Notes: a model not told the origin generated them from the letters alone. DNA of 57,340 bases from a virus (IMGVR_UViG_3300049795_000025:1-57340), one strand, 5' to 3'; positions 1 through 9,424 are shown, counted from the stretch's first letter. A program made the numbers and translations.

Positions 1-127
1 CCGCAAGTGTCTGGGTGATCAATCGATCTAACCGACCATTCATCCACACGCCGGTCCGATAGATCCGTTCGGCTAGTGGAACCTGGGAAAGGCCCATCCG
101 CGCTAGCAGCGTATCCACCGTGCGCTG
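1..127. repeat. Terminal direct repeat, copy 1 (circular assembly overlap)
   Basis: Bases 1-127 are identical to 57214-57340, and a reading frame runs straight through the junction. Confidence 0.95.
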
Positions 128-505
128 AGCAGTGATGTTGGCACCGTCGTAGAGCCGCCTGCCCTCATCACCTTTGCCTACGAGCGCCAGGAGTGCCGCG
201 TCCGCGGCACGGGAGAGCTTTGCGGCTCGGGAAGCCGACCGTAGCCGCCGCGCTGCGATGCGATCGCCAAGCTTCTCGAAGAGGTCTGCCTGCTGGGCCA
301 TCAGCTTCTGCTTCACGCGCTCCAATTGGGCGCGCTGAACCAGCTTGCCGAATGCAGCGCCGTTCTCGTTAGGGAGATTTCGTAGCTCTCTCTGCACTGC
401 CTGATAGGCTTCCTGCAGAATACGCAGGGTCTCCTTATCCCCAAGCCGGAGCTCTTCGGCTGAAGCCTTGAGCCAATCGCTCGGCTCCGGCTTAGGAATC
501 GCCAT
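1..505 (-). CDS. 5' part of MuF-like minor head protein / ADP-ribosyltransferase fusion (continues across the junction)
   Basis: ATG at 505 with GGAAGGG upstream; MAIPKPEPSDW... is open and in frame (129 codons) with the 56120..57331 ORF; directly follows the portal gene. Confidence 0.85.
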   Translation of the reverse strand, partial: MAIPKPEPSDWLKASAEELRLGDKETLRILQEAYQAVQRELRNLPNENGAAFGKLVQRAQLERVKQKLMAQQADLFEKLGDRIAARRLRSASRAAKLSRAADAALLALVGKGDEGRRLYDGANITAQRTVDTLLARMGLSQVPLAERIYRTGVWMNGRLDRLITQTLA

Positions 506-572
506 CAGTCTTTGGCCCTTCCTGGATGCCCCCAGGGAAAAGACCCCCATACCATTTCAAATTTGTATTCCA

Positions 573-2153
573 TCAGACAGATGCGTTCAGATTAGGAGCA
601 GCAACAGCCTGGTCGATCCGAGCTCCAGTCGCATCCAACATCTGCTGCTCTTCCGAGATGATCGACGACAGCATGTTGGCCGGGAACTTGTAACCGAGCT
701 TTTGGGCAATCGCACCCTGAGCCCACTCGACTGAAACAACCTTCGCGGTCACCATATCCAGGATTTCCTTCAACGCCGCGGCTCGGTCGACCGGAATCGG
801 GTCCCCGAATACCACAGACGGCTGCACCTGCGGCGGATTCCAGCTCTCATATGCCGGGAACCACATATACGCCATGTCGAACAGGAGATGCGTCAGCTTG
901 GAGGCGAGCTCGGTCTCCTTCTCAATGTTCTTAGCGATCACCGGCATGAACTCGATCCGCAGCGCCACGCCAGAAAGCGCCACCTGCGTATTGACCTGCC
1001 CCGTAGCGATCGCTGGTACCGCGGCGGCCTCCTGTGCCGAGCCCTTTAGGAAGCTCATGTGGTCCTGGATCGGCTGTACCGAGTTCACACCTTCGAGCTT
1101 GCCGACCTTGCCATCCTTCTCCAGCTCCAGCATGGTGCCCGGTGCAATCTCCCAATCCACTTCCTTACCGCTCGCGTCCCGCGGGCGGCCGGAGTCAGTC
1201 CAGTACGCGCCAATCCCCAGCAACGCAACGCTCATGTCCTCGTCGGTGCTGTTCTGGATCAGACCGGCCAGAATCGTCTCCAGGCCCTGCAGTTCCGACG
1301 TACCGAACCGGCCGACGAGCCCACCCCTACGATTATTGCGGAAGTGATACACCGGGATGGACGTTATCTGCGTCGGCAACGGGTATCCGACCAGAGGATC
1401 GGCTGCGTCGGTCACCGGAACGGCCCATGACGGGATGAGTACAGGCTTCAACTCCTGCGGCTCGGGCTCCCGGTCATCCCAGCCGTTCTCTTCGAAATAG
1501 CCAATGCGATAGAAGATCGAACCAATGGGTGCACCGTTGTAAAGCGCCGAATCATCCAGCGAGCCGATCTTGTGGTATTCGATCCGCTGCACGATGTCGT
1601 TGTTGTCATCATCCTGCACAATTGACGCCAGGTACACGCCGATGATCCGCTCGCCATCATTGGGATCATAGATCGGGAAATACTGATCCGCCTCAACCTC
1701 GATCAACCGAATCCGCGTGCCCTGTTCCTTGGAGGGGTCAGCTGACAGCATCATGATCGCATCAGCCTTGATGAGCATCCAGCGCTTCAACGCCAGGAAC
1801 TTGATAGCGAACTCTTCCCGCGTCAGCGTCGCTTCCACGCGTGCAGTGAACTCGTCCATAGCATCCTGCGGCACAGTCGCTCCGGCAATCGGAGTCCAGA
1901 CCGTTTCGGGATCCTGCGCCAGGTAACGGTTGACACTTTCGATCAGCCCGCGGACGGCCGGGATGTAGCGACGCGACAGCGGGTCATCACCGGAGCGGAG
2001 CAGCTTCGCGAAGGCCACAGTAACATTGTTCCAGATGTCCTCATAGGTCGCGTAGGCAGTGCAGCGATCGAGGTCATATACACCATCCCGGATATGCGAT
2101 GGCCTGGGGCGCCCAAGGTCCAGAGCGGTCTGGTACGGACTAACGGCAGCCAT
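573..2153 (-). CDS. Portal protein
   Basis: 526 aa from the ATG at 2153 (GAGGAGG SD); lies between terminase and MuF genes; SGVAL motif typical of SPP1-like portals. Confidence 0.85.
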   Translation of the reverse strand: MAAVSPYQTALDLGRPRPSHIRDGVYDLDRCTAYATYEDIWNNVTVAFAKLLRSGDDPLSRRYIPAVRGLIESVNRYLAQDPETVWTPIAGATVPQDAMDEFTARVEATLTREEFAIKFLALKRWMLIKADAIMMLSADPSKEQGTRIRLIEVEADQYFPIYDPNDGERIIGVYLASIVQDDDNNDIVQRIEYHKIGSLDDSALYNGAPIGSIFYRIGYFEENGWDDREPEPQELKPVLIPSWAVPVTDAADPLVGYPLPTQITSIPVYHFRNNRRGGLVGRFGTSELQGLETILAGLIQNSTDEDMSVALLGIGAYWTDSGRPRDASGKEVDWEIAPGTMLELEKDGKVGKLEGVNSVQPIQDHMSFLKGSAQEAAAVPAIATGQVNTQVALSGVALRIEFMPVIAKNIEKETELASKLTHLLFDMAYMWFPAYESWNPPQVQPSVVFGDPIPVDRAAALKEILDMVTAKVVSVEWAQGAIAQKLGYKFPANMLSSIISEEQQMLDATGARIDQAVAAPNLNASV

Positions 2154-2169
2154 GTACGGTGCCCCCTCC

Positions 2170-3684
2170 TCATTTATGGATGTTGGCCCTGGACTGCCGA
2201 ATGCGGCCCCGGTGTGGCGAACCAAACAGACCGCTGAAGAACCGGCCGAGCGCCTCGGGCGCGTGGTCATCCTTCTTCATCGGATGCTCTGGTGCGGAGC
2301 GTCCACGCTCCGCGGCACTCCCGGCTGTCTCCGGATAGCGATATTGGCTAAAGTCCCGGATAGTCGCCTTACAGCGCCTGTGAAATGTGAGTGCTGGCGC
2401 ACCCGAGTCTAGATCACCGATCTGCGGCTTGAGCTTCCGCCTGATCCACTCTATGCGATCATCCAACAGGATCCCCGTCCCACGGCCCGGCGAGAGCTGC
2501 AATAGATTAGCTAGTTCCCGCGTTCGATCTGGCTCTGCAGGATCCGGAAAGAACTGCCGGATGGTCCGCGGTGCCAGGCCCTTATCGCGGATCTCTCGTC
2601 CGGCCTCGCCAGTTGTCTTTCCGGTCTCGTAGTACTCATCCAGTACATGCACCCGTTCACCGAATGGATCGACCTGAACCAGGAGCCAAACAAATGGATT
2701 GGTAAATCCATAGTCAGCACACGCATACGTCGCCCAGGTCGGATCGAACTCCTGCTCAGTAACGTGCAGCTCCTCGTCGAAGTCCTTGAAGACCCGACCA
2801 ACGAACTCGGTGAATAGCGCTTCGATCTCCTGATTGAACATCTCCGTACTCTGATCCAGGAACAGGCTCCAGACCTCAGGATCCATGCCGCCAGGCGAGG
2901 GAGGCAGCCCACGGTCATTCGGCACGAGCTCCACGCGCTGTATCCAGTCACGCAAGCGACCCTTCCGGCGGGCCTCCTTGGCCGAGGCGAGCACTTTAGC
3001 GTTGCATCCACCCGAGTACACATACGGGTTAACCCAGGCCGGAGCGCGCCAACTACGCCAATCTGTGCGGGTGTCGTCCTGCCCCTGCTCCCATAGATCA
3101 TAGAACCAGTTCCGGCCCTCGGGTGTCGAGCCAAAGTAGGTCCAGCCGCCAAAGTCCGCGAGGGTCGGCCGGATGTACTTAATCCAGACCGACGGCTTCA
3201 GCTTAGCAGCCTCCGAGAAGACCGCTCCCGAGAGGCCTTCGCCCACCAGGGTCCCCGGATACTGCGCGGACTTGGCATGCACGACGAAAAGGCCACCTAG
3301 CGAGGAAATCCGCATCTGGCCAGACTCAGGATTGTTGTAACTCCCCGGACGGTCCAGGGGAACGCCAAGCCTTTCGAGCGCGCTCCACAGTACACGGAAC
3401 TCCTTCTCTGAATCGCTATAGGTCGGCCCCACAATCCAGTACTCGCGTCGGAGCCCGTGCCGTTTCAGATGCTCGATCTCCATCATGGCACGGAACCACT
3501 CTGGAACAATCTTGTTGCCGCCTGTCTGGCTCTTTCCAGCACGGCGCCCGAAGCTCACCACCTGGTTCCGCGTTCGATCGAGGAGGATCGCCCGCTGATG
3601 GTCATGCGGGATCCAGTTCGTCTGTTCCCATGTCTTCGACAGCAACTTGCTAGACGGTGCAGGAGTCCTGAGAAGGTTGCTCAT
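2170..3684 (-). CDS. Terminase large subunit
   Basis: Walker A GRRAGKS, Walker B-like VFSEAA, STPEG, nuclease motifs DYGFTNP and DDHAPEAL. Confidence 0.95.
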   Translation of the reverse strand: MSNLLRTPAPSSKLLSKTWEQTNWIPHDHQRAILLDRTRNQVVSFGRRAGKSQTGGNKIVPEWFRAMMEIEHLKRHGLRREYWIVGPTYSDSEKEFRVLWSALERLGVPLDRPGSYNNPESGQMRISSLGGLFVVHAKSAQYPGTLVGEGLSGAVFSEAAKLKPSVWIKYIRPTLADFGGWTYFGSTPEGRNWFYDLWEQGQDDTRTDWRSWRAPAWVNPYVYSGGCNAKVLASAKEARRKGRLRDWIQRVELVPNDRGLPPSPGGMDPEVWSLFLDQSTEMFNQEIEALFTEFVGRVFKDFDEELHVTEQEFDPTWATYACADYGFTNPFVWLLVQVDPFGERVHVLDEYYETGKTTGEAGREIRDKGLAPRTIRQFFPDPAEPDRTRELANLLQLSPGRGTGILLDDRIEWIRRKLKPQIGDLDSGAPALTFHRRCKATIRDFSQYRYPETAGSAAERGRSAPEHPMKKDDHAPEALGRFFSGLFGSPHRGRIRQSRANIHK

Positions 3685-4802
3685 GGCACAACCTCGTCAG
3701 GATAGGCCGTCACAGCAACCGGCCTCAGATATGCGATAACTGTGATTGGATCTAGATAAGCAATCGTGTTCACAGTCTGCACAGAGACCGGCGGTTCACC
3801 CACCGTATAGCGCTCAATCTGGTTCTTTCCAAACCCTGCAAAGACCCGATACCGCTCCACCAGATTGATAGCCATAGCAGCCAAGATCACATAGCTGTCC
3901 GGCCGATTCTTAGTCCAGGCATTCAGTACCCGGTAACGGTCGGTTATGTCTACAGACAGAGCGTTCAAGACACGATACGCCTCGACGGTGTCTTTACTAA
4001 ATCCGCCGAACACGCGGTAGCTCTCAGCCGCATCCTTGCTGAAAGCGTTTAGGACACGATAGCGCTCGACAATGTCCTTGGTTACAGCGTTGAGAACCCG
4101 ATAGCTTTCCGTCAGATCCTTGGTGAATGGCGTCGTGGTAACAATTGAATAGTTGTACCCAGGCGGATCGTCGCCGTCCACCGCGGTGCCGGAAAGTGCG
4201 CTCTGGTCACCTCCACCACCGGTATCGTCCAATACACTTGTCGCTGTCGAGGCCTGGTTCAGCCGGACCATCCAGTTCGGCAAAGCAGCCTTCGTGTCTG
4301 CAGCTACAAGGGTACAAGCGGCCTCCACCTGCAGATCACTGAGTTCACTCGCCCATGCTGCCACGATAGCGATCCGGCCCCGCCAGGTCTGAGCAGCGCT
4401 ACCCGTACTCCCCACCATGATATTGGTAATCGGCCCCGAACCGTCACCAACGTTTGCTGTGTCGTTTTGGTGGACCCAGGCCGTAGCCGCGGTTAGATCG
4501 TGCATGTGCCAACGCGGGATCACCGAACCGGCTGCCTTGGTAAGTACATACCAGCACCAACCAGTACCATGGCTCGGACCGCCCGTGCCGAAGTCCCCCT
4601 CGCAGAACAGCTTGCCAGAATCCACCAGGATTGACCAGACACCGCTGGTGCCGTTCCGGCCCTGGACAGACCATGCAGTGAAGGTAGCAGTCGACGGGTG
4701 CGCCAAGACCGCGATCGTGATGGGGCCTTCGTCCGGCGGGGAGTTCCCCACCGAGAACGTAATCGAGTCAGCGACACTCGGGCCGTTGAAAAACCGGCTC
4801 AT
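3681..4802 (-). CDS. Virion protein: LamG/ConA-like N-terminal domain plus 14-aa tandem repeats
   Basis: Trp/Gly-rich beta domain (WRGRIAIVAAW), then about 8 repeats of KDxxExYRVxxxxx; ATGA overlap with the terminase gene. Confidence 0.6.
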   Translation of the reverse strand: MSRFFNGPSVADSITFSVGNSPPDEGPITIAVLAHPSTATFTAWSVQGRNGTSGVWSILVDSGKLFCEGDFGTGGPSHGTGWCWYVLTKAAGSVIPRWHMHDLTAATAWVHQNDTANVGDGSGPITNIMVGSTGSAAQTWRGRIAIVAAWASELSDLQVEAACTLVAADTKAALPNWMVRLNQASTATSVLDDTGGGGDQSALSGTAVDGDDPPGYNYSIVTTTPFTKDLTESYRVLNAVTKDIVERYRVLNAFSKDAAESYRVFGGFSKDTVEAYRVLNALSVDITDRYRVLNAWTKNRPDSYVILAAMAINLVERYRVFAGFGKNQIERYTVGEPPVSVQTVNTIAYLDPITVIAYLRPVAVTAYPDEVVP

Positions 4803-4804
4803 TC

Positions 4805-5326
4805 TCAGCCATCGCCAGCGATGTGGAACGTGAAACCATCACCGGTCATGGCTGCCGTGCTAGCGCCGACCACTCGCTTGAGCCAAACCGCCTTGCACTG
4901 TCCTGCAGTCAGCGTCCCGATCGACAGCGGCCCAACACTAAAGGCCCCGACACCAGAAGGAACAGCATCCTCGTTAGCAATCTGTGCAGCCTGTGCGCTG
5001 GATGAGCCCGCAGCGCTGGTAGCAATGTTGTCGAGCGCTGCCGTCGTCACGCCCCCACCAGAGACCTCAGCGGTAATCGAAGCAGCCACGTTCAGTGCCG
5101 AGTCGGTCGAATGTGAGTTGTACACGAACACGCAGCGGTACTCAGTGTCACCGGCCAAAGCTTCAGCACTCGACACATCGTCGAAGAACACGTTGGCAGA
5201 TCCTACAGCATCAGTCGTACTCATATATTTGCCGAGGCTGCCAGCCGCAGTACCGGCTGTACTGTTTCCAGCGCTCCCGGATACCGTGCTATAGCGGATC
5301 TTGATGTCACTGGCGATAACGCTCAT
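4805..5326 (-). CDS. Putative virion structural protein
   Basis: 173 aa, Ala/Gly/Ser/Thr-rich, YRCVFVYN and AVWLKR; coupled to neighbours. Confidence 0.55.
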   Translation of the reverse strand: MSVIASDIKIRYSTVSGSAGNSTAGTAAGSLGKYMSTTDAVGSANVFFDDVSSAEALAGDTEYRCVFVYNSHSTDSALNVAASITAEVSGGGVTTAALDNIATSAAGSSSAQAAQIANEDAVPSGVGAFSVGPLSIGTLTAGQCKAVWLKRVVGASTAAMTGDGFTFHIAGDG

Positions 5327-5664
5327 ACCGGCTCCCTGGTTACACTGTGGTCTACTGTGACCTTGCCCTCTGCGATGCGATATGCCGCTGAGTCGTCTCC
5401 AGCCGTGATCAGGACGTCATAGTTCCCGCGGGTCCACCCAAATCCAACAGTGTCAGTGAACGGGATTGTCACGGTCACGAGCCGGTTTACCGGAGCGATA
5501 GCAATTGACGTAGCCTCATACAGCAAAGCCGAACTGCTCTTGAGATCTCGGATCTGCATCGCACCGGTATAGCCCGTCAGATCATCTGGACCGCCCACGA
5601 CTGAGATCACCATCTGGAAGTTACTGCCCTGCTCAATCTCGATAGGCTGCTGCGCGGCTCCCAT
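5323..5664 (-). CDS. Putative virion beta-sandwich protein
   Basis: IEQGSNF ... YDVL ... EGKVTV pattern seen in small phage structural proteins. Confidence 0.55.
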   Translation of the reverse strand: MGAAQQPIEIEQGSNFQMVISVVGGPDDLTGYTGAMQIRDLKSSSALLYEATSIAIAPVNRLVTVTIPFTDTVGFGWTRGNYDVLITAGDDSAAYRIAEGKVTVDHSVTREPV

Positions 5665-6350
5665 TACTCTTCCGCCTCTACGTCTTCAGTGAACAGCTGT
5701 TCCAGAACCTTCTTGTAGCCCGGAACGGTAACCTCGATCGCTGCACCGGCTTTGATACCTGCTCGATCGAGTACTGAGTTAGCGGCCTTGACGCGGACAT
5801 TCTGCTCCACGACTTCGCCGAGCTCATCCCGAGGATCCGTCAGGGTGACAAGCGTAAAAGCGGCCTTCTCAGCGGCCTCACCGATCACGCGCTCAGCAGC
5901 CTCCTTGACATTGGTTAGCTGTCCACCGTGTCTCTGGCAGACCCGCGCGCCATGCAGCGGTGGAGAGAGACACGGCCTCTGTAACCGAACTCCATCCAGA
6001 TCGATAATGTATCCGCCGCGCTCGTCGCGAATGTAGGAGACCCCCGGACAATGCCGAGTTCCGCGCTGGAACTGAATGAACCAGTCAGGGTCTACCTCTT
6101 CGGCGTACCCGTCCCAGCGGTATTTGACGTCCCAGAAACAGTCTTTGGGCTTGGTATCCTTGGTCAGCTCTTCGAAACTGCCAACCTCAACTTCCATCCA
6201 TTCCCGGTCGCACCGAGAGTTCCCACCAGTTTCGACTTTAACCTTCTGCGGCGTCATCCGTGAGGCCTGCCAGCCGCGGCCGGGGTTAGCCGGATTCCAC
6301 TCGCCCTTTGCAGCCTTGTCCGGATCGAGCTGTTTACGGCGCGGTGGCAT
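5664..6350 (-). CDS. Probable terminase small subunit
   Basis: CxxHGG motif and C-terminal AANSVLDRAG; upstream of the packaging genes. Confidence 0.5.
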   Translation of the reverse strand: MPPRRKQLDPDKAAKGEWNPANPGRGWQASRMTPQKVKVETGGNSRCDREWMEVEVGSFEELTKDTKPKDCFWDVKYRWDGYAEEVDPDWFIQFQRGTRHCPGVSYIRDERGGYIIDLDGVRLQRPCLSPPLHGARVCQRHGGQLTNVKEAAERVIGEAAEKAAFTLVTLTDPRDELGEVVEQNVRVKAANSVLDRAGIKAGAAIEVTVPGYKKVLEQLFTEDVEAEE

Positions 6351-6582
6351 CGGTAACCTCCTTGATCCGGTCCGTCAGGAAGCTAATCATCGCTTGCATC
6401 GTCCTCGTGTCGTCATACGGTCCAGCCTGCCCCAAGGAACGCACGACTTCGTCGAGAACGATGGTGAAGGCCTTCCGCTGCCCCGAGCGGAAGGCCTCAT
6501 CGTGGTTCTGCTGGACCAGTGGGTCACGGCGACTGACGACAGGGACTTCGCCGACAGCCAAGATCCCATCAGTCTCATCCAT
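6334..6582 (-). CDS. Hypothetical protein
   Basis: 82-aa ORF filling the gap in the operon. Confidence 0.6.
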   Translation of the reverse strand: MDETDGILAVGEVPVVSRRDPLVQQNHDEAFRSGQRKAFTIVLDEVVRSLGQAGPYDDTRTMQAMISFLTDRIKEVTDATAP

Positions 6583-6592
6583 ATGGAAGAGC

Positions 6593-7078
6593 TTACCGCA
6601 GCTGGCAATCCCCTTGTAGTTGCAAACCCTTGTCGGTCTTCTTCAGGGTCAGCCGAACCACCTGATCGCCGTCGAGATTGCCGTTCGCAATCACCTCATC
6701 CAGCCCGCCGCTAAAGCCTTTCAGCCGCGCCCAGTAACAGAACCCTGTGGTGCGAATTGAGTACGTACCTGGCTTTATGGTGCCCGCGGCCGGATCGGAC
6801 TTCGCGCCGACCTGGTAGTCCCCCGCGCCAAACACGCTGCTCTTCGGTGCGGCTTTCGCAGCAGGTGTCGGCGAGCTCGGCGCGCCATAGGTCGACGGTA
6901 GCGACAAAACCGGATTGACGCTCTCGTTGACCGCGTTACCGACAATCGCGAGCGAGCCGATCGCGCATAGCAGCACCAGTACGCCAATCAAAACAGACAG
7001 GATAATCGGCCAGCGCTTGCGCGTCGACTTGGCCACATAGTGGTCGGACGGCTGGCCATAGTAGTTGGGACTACTCAT
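6593..7078 (-). CDS. Membrane-anchored exported protein
   Basis: One TM helix, Pro/Ala/Ser linker, PGTY...CYWARL domain common in actinobacterial surface proteins; ATGA overlap at 7075-7078. Confidence 0.7.
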   Translation of the reverse strand: MSSPNYYGQPSDHYVAKSTRKRWPIILSVLIGVLVLLCAIGSLAIVGNAVNESVNPVLSLPSTYGAPSSPTPAAKAAPKSSVFGAGDYQVGAKSDPAAGTIKPGTYSIRTTGFCYWARLKGFSGGLDEVIANGNLDGDQVVRLTLKKTDKGLQLQGDCQLR

Positions 7079-7164
7079 GAGTGGCTCCACAAGTTCAGGG
7101 CCAGGCCTGCAACGAGCCCGAGGGGCAACGCAGCGAATGCCAGACCGTCGATGACACGCTTCAT
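7075..7164 (-). CDS. Small membrane peptide (29 aa)
   Basis: MKRVIDGLAFAALPLGLVAGLALNLWSHS; stop overlaps the next ATG. Confidence 0.45.
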   Translation of the reverse strand: MKRVIDGLAFAALPLGLVAGLALNLWSHS

Positions 7165-7197
7165 GTACCGACGGTAAGGCAGCCTCGATTGTTGCCG

Positions 7198-7722
7198 CTA
7201 ATGCTGGAGAATCCGATCTACAACCTCTTCCAGCATCCGCACATCTGGCATGTTGATTTGTCCGTAGGCCTTCACACGCTGCACAGCAGCGTTCAGCGTC
7301 TGCTTACGCTCAGCTTCCAGCATGTTATCGGTCTCTTCGGTCAGCACCTCGCCGATGTACGCATACATCTGCTGGAATATCCGCTGTGCGCGCGACACAT
7401 CCGGCGGCGTCCCCAGCATCGTAGCTGCAGCAAGCGCCTGCGACAGCGCCTCACGGACCGATAGCGGAACATCAGAACTCTGTACGAACGTGAAGGGCTC
7501 GCCGGAGGCAGCGAGCGCCGCCCGCTGCGAGGCCGCGTCCATGCGCTCGATACTGGACTGCTCAGCCCACCTATCGAGCGCCGCAGGGTTGACCCAGCCG
7601 CATCGCGTGCACTGTTCCATGACACGGATCAGCTTCGCACCAGTCTCGATAGGCATGACCGCACAGGCGTACCCGCGGAGCGAGGGGCACTCATCCGGCG
7701 AAATACTTGGCTGCATAATCAA
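7198..7722 (-). CDS. Hypothetical protein
   Basis: About 174-aa ORF with CxxC; coupled to the upstream gene. Confidence 0.65.
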   Translation of the reverse strand: MIMQPSISPDECPSLRGYACAVMPIETGAKLIRVMEQCTRCGWVNPAALDRWAEQSSIERMDAASQRAALAASGEPFTFVQSSDVPLSVREALSQALAAATMLGTPPDVSRAQRIFQQMYAYIGEVLTEETDNMLEAERKQTLNAAVQRVKAYGQINMPDVRMLEEVVDRILQH

Positions 7723-7883
7723 GACGACTTCACCTCGATGAACAGATCATAACCATCGTTGGTGGAAACGGCAATTACGTCTCGCTCTTCCTCCAGAACG
7801 GTGATGTTGGGCTCCAGATCGAGCTTCTCGGTATGGTCCTCGATCAACGCTGCAAGGACCTTGGTGAACTCCAGTCGATCCAT
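7719..7883 (-). CDS. Small acidic hypothetical protein (54 aa)
   Basis: MDRLEFTKVLAALIED...; GAGAAGG SD. Confidence 0.55.
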   Translation of the reverse strand: MDRLEFTKVLAALIEDHTEKLDLEPNITVLEEERDVIAVSTNDGYDLFIEVKSS

Positions 7884-7993
7884 CGTTACCTTCTCTTGGT
7901 TGAGCCGCTACGACGCTTGCCAGCGGCCAGTTTCTTTGTGCCGCCCGATGGCTCCGGCTTCGACCGTGAACCGCTGTTGCTCTCCGATCAGCA

Positions 7994-8377
7994 TCAGCTC
8001 TCACCCCAGAAGGGCGTGTCGGCGATGGTCATGACGCTGGCGATGGTCTCTGGCGACACGGTCTCGTCCGTCAGCCAGTTGCCCTGGAGCTCGCGGTCGA
8101 CGCACCAGAGTTCACCGCACTGCGAGGGCTTGCCGCAGTCGGTGCATGGATTGAGCAGCGCGCAGATCCGCTCGGCGAGGTCGCGGATCCAGCGCCGCAC
8201 CTTGAGGTAGGGCCAGAAGCGGTAGTGCAGGTGCCGGATGCCCCAGAGGATGCTGCCGGGCAGGGTCATCGGTGGGTTGCCGCAGACTGTGCCCGCGTCG
8301 TGGCCGTCGGGATCGTCGTGCCAGATGTCGAGGCGGATCGGCCGGACATCGAAGAGCAGGGTCGACGGGTCATGCAT
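7994..8377 (-). CDS. Hypothetical Cys-rich protein
   Basis: 127 aa with GGAGG SD. Confidence 0.65.
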   Translation of the reverse strand: MHDPSTLLFDVRPIRLDIWHDDPDGHDAGTVCGNPPMTLPGSILWGIRHLHYRFWPYLKVRRWIRDLAERICALLNPCTDCGKPSQCGELWCVDRELQGNWLTDETVSPETIASVMTIADTPFWGES

Positions 8378-8411
8378 CGTTGTCCTCCCGGGGGATCAGG
8401 GCCAGGTCGTG

Positions 8412-8612
8412 TTAGAGCGCTCGCAGGATCGGCGCGAAAGACAGCGCGAGGAAGGCCGCTACCCGCTTGAACATATTCCACTCGGTAGAGCGTCTGTGCC
8501 GTGGACGAACGTCTCGGAGTATCAGCAAAGCTGTGTCGTTTGCACGTGTCACAGTCTCCTGGGCTCTGGCTGATAGCTCGGCCAGCAGTTGCACAGCGAA
8601 CTCGCCATCCAT
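8412..8612 (-). CDS. Small hypothetical protein
   Basis: 66 aa with hydrophobic C-terminus. Confidence 0.5.
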   Translation of the reverse strand: MDGEFAVQLLAELSARAQETVTRANDTALLILRDVRPRHRRSTEWNMFKRVAAFLALSFAPILRAL

Positions 8613-8641
8613 GTCGATCCAATCCGTTTAGTCCAGAAGAA

Positions 8642-8684
8642 AAGGGGCCGCACTCAACCATCCCCGAATCGAGTGCGGCCCCTT
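8642..8684 (-). terminator. Intrinsic terminator
   Basis: Stem AAGGGGCCGCACTC/GAGTGCGGCCCCTT followed by TTCTTC on the minus strand. Confidence 0.75.
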
Positions 8685-8726
8685 CGTCAGGCCGTGACAA
8701 CAATGGCGGTCGACATCACAAACCCT

Positions 8727-8817
8727 CGCACGTGTCCAGGAATCGAACCTGGTCCGGTGGGCGCGCACCACCGGAATCCCCCAAGCCGCCGCGAAACAGC
8801 CTGTCGGTTCCACGCAC
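8727..8817 (-). ncRNA. tRNA-like element (non-canonical)
   Basis: Perfect T arm CCAGG-TTCGATT-CCTGG, preceding hairpin TCCGGTGG/CCACCGGA, closing stem GTGCGTG/CACGTGC; no canonical D or anticodon loop. Confidence 0.5.
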
Positions 8818-9217
8818 CGCCCAATTGTTGGCGTACGACCAATATGGACTTCCCAGTTGCACTGACAGCAGTGCTTCAACCGCTCAGGGCTCGGGGGTCG
8901 AGGCAAGCCCTTCGCTGGTAACCCGATGCTGGGCGCACCGGGCGCTATGTGTTGGGCTAGGCCTTGGGGAGGTACCTGCTGCATCGCCGTCGAGAAGGGA
9001 CCCGACCTAGCCCAACGAGATCGACGCTACCGGACCGACTTCGCTGCCGCTAACAGCAGAATCTCGGCTCTGCTAACGCCTCAGGAATGGACGCTCAGCG
9101 ATTATGCGCGCTATACCCTGGGTCGGGTACCCGAACGAGTTATCGGCAACGTAGGCGTCCAGATCTGCCCCGGCGCGCACTAGCCGACAGCGCGCAGCTA
9201 GCACGGCCAAGGCTCGA

Positions 9218-9424
9218 TCAGAGTCTGTGTTGCCGATTGGTCCGCTCTTCGACAAACTCCTGCGCCAGCTCCAATAATGATTTTTCGCTCTGCCCATGCT
9301 CGATCTTCCATCCCTGGCTGATCATCCATTCCAGCAAGTCATTGGCAAGCACGACGACAGCCTCACGCGAGACCTCCTCGATGCGCTTGACCTCGACATT
9401 GATCACTCGACAATCTTCTTCCAC
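9218..9424 (-). CDS. Hypothetical protein
   Basis: 68-aa ORF in a run of coupled genes. Confidence 0.55.
   Translation of the reverse strand: MEEDCRVINVEVKRIEEVSREAVVVLANDLLEWMISQGWKIEHGQSEKSLLELAQEFVEERTNRQHRL

Noticed and set aside
1-127. Biological direct terminal repeat
   Set aside because: It interrupts a gene and equals a common assembler k-mer length, so it is better explained as a circular overlap.
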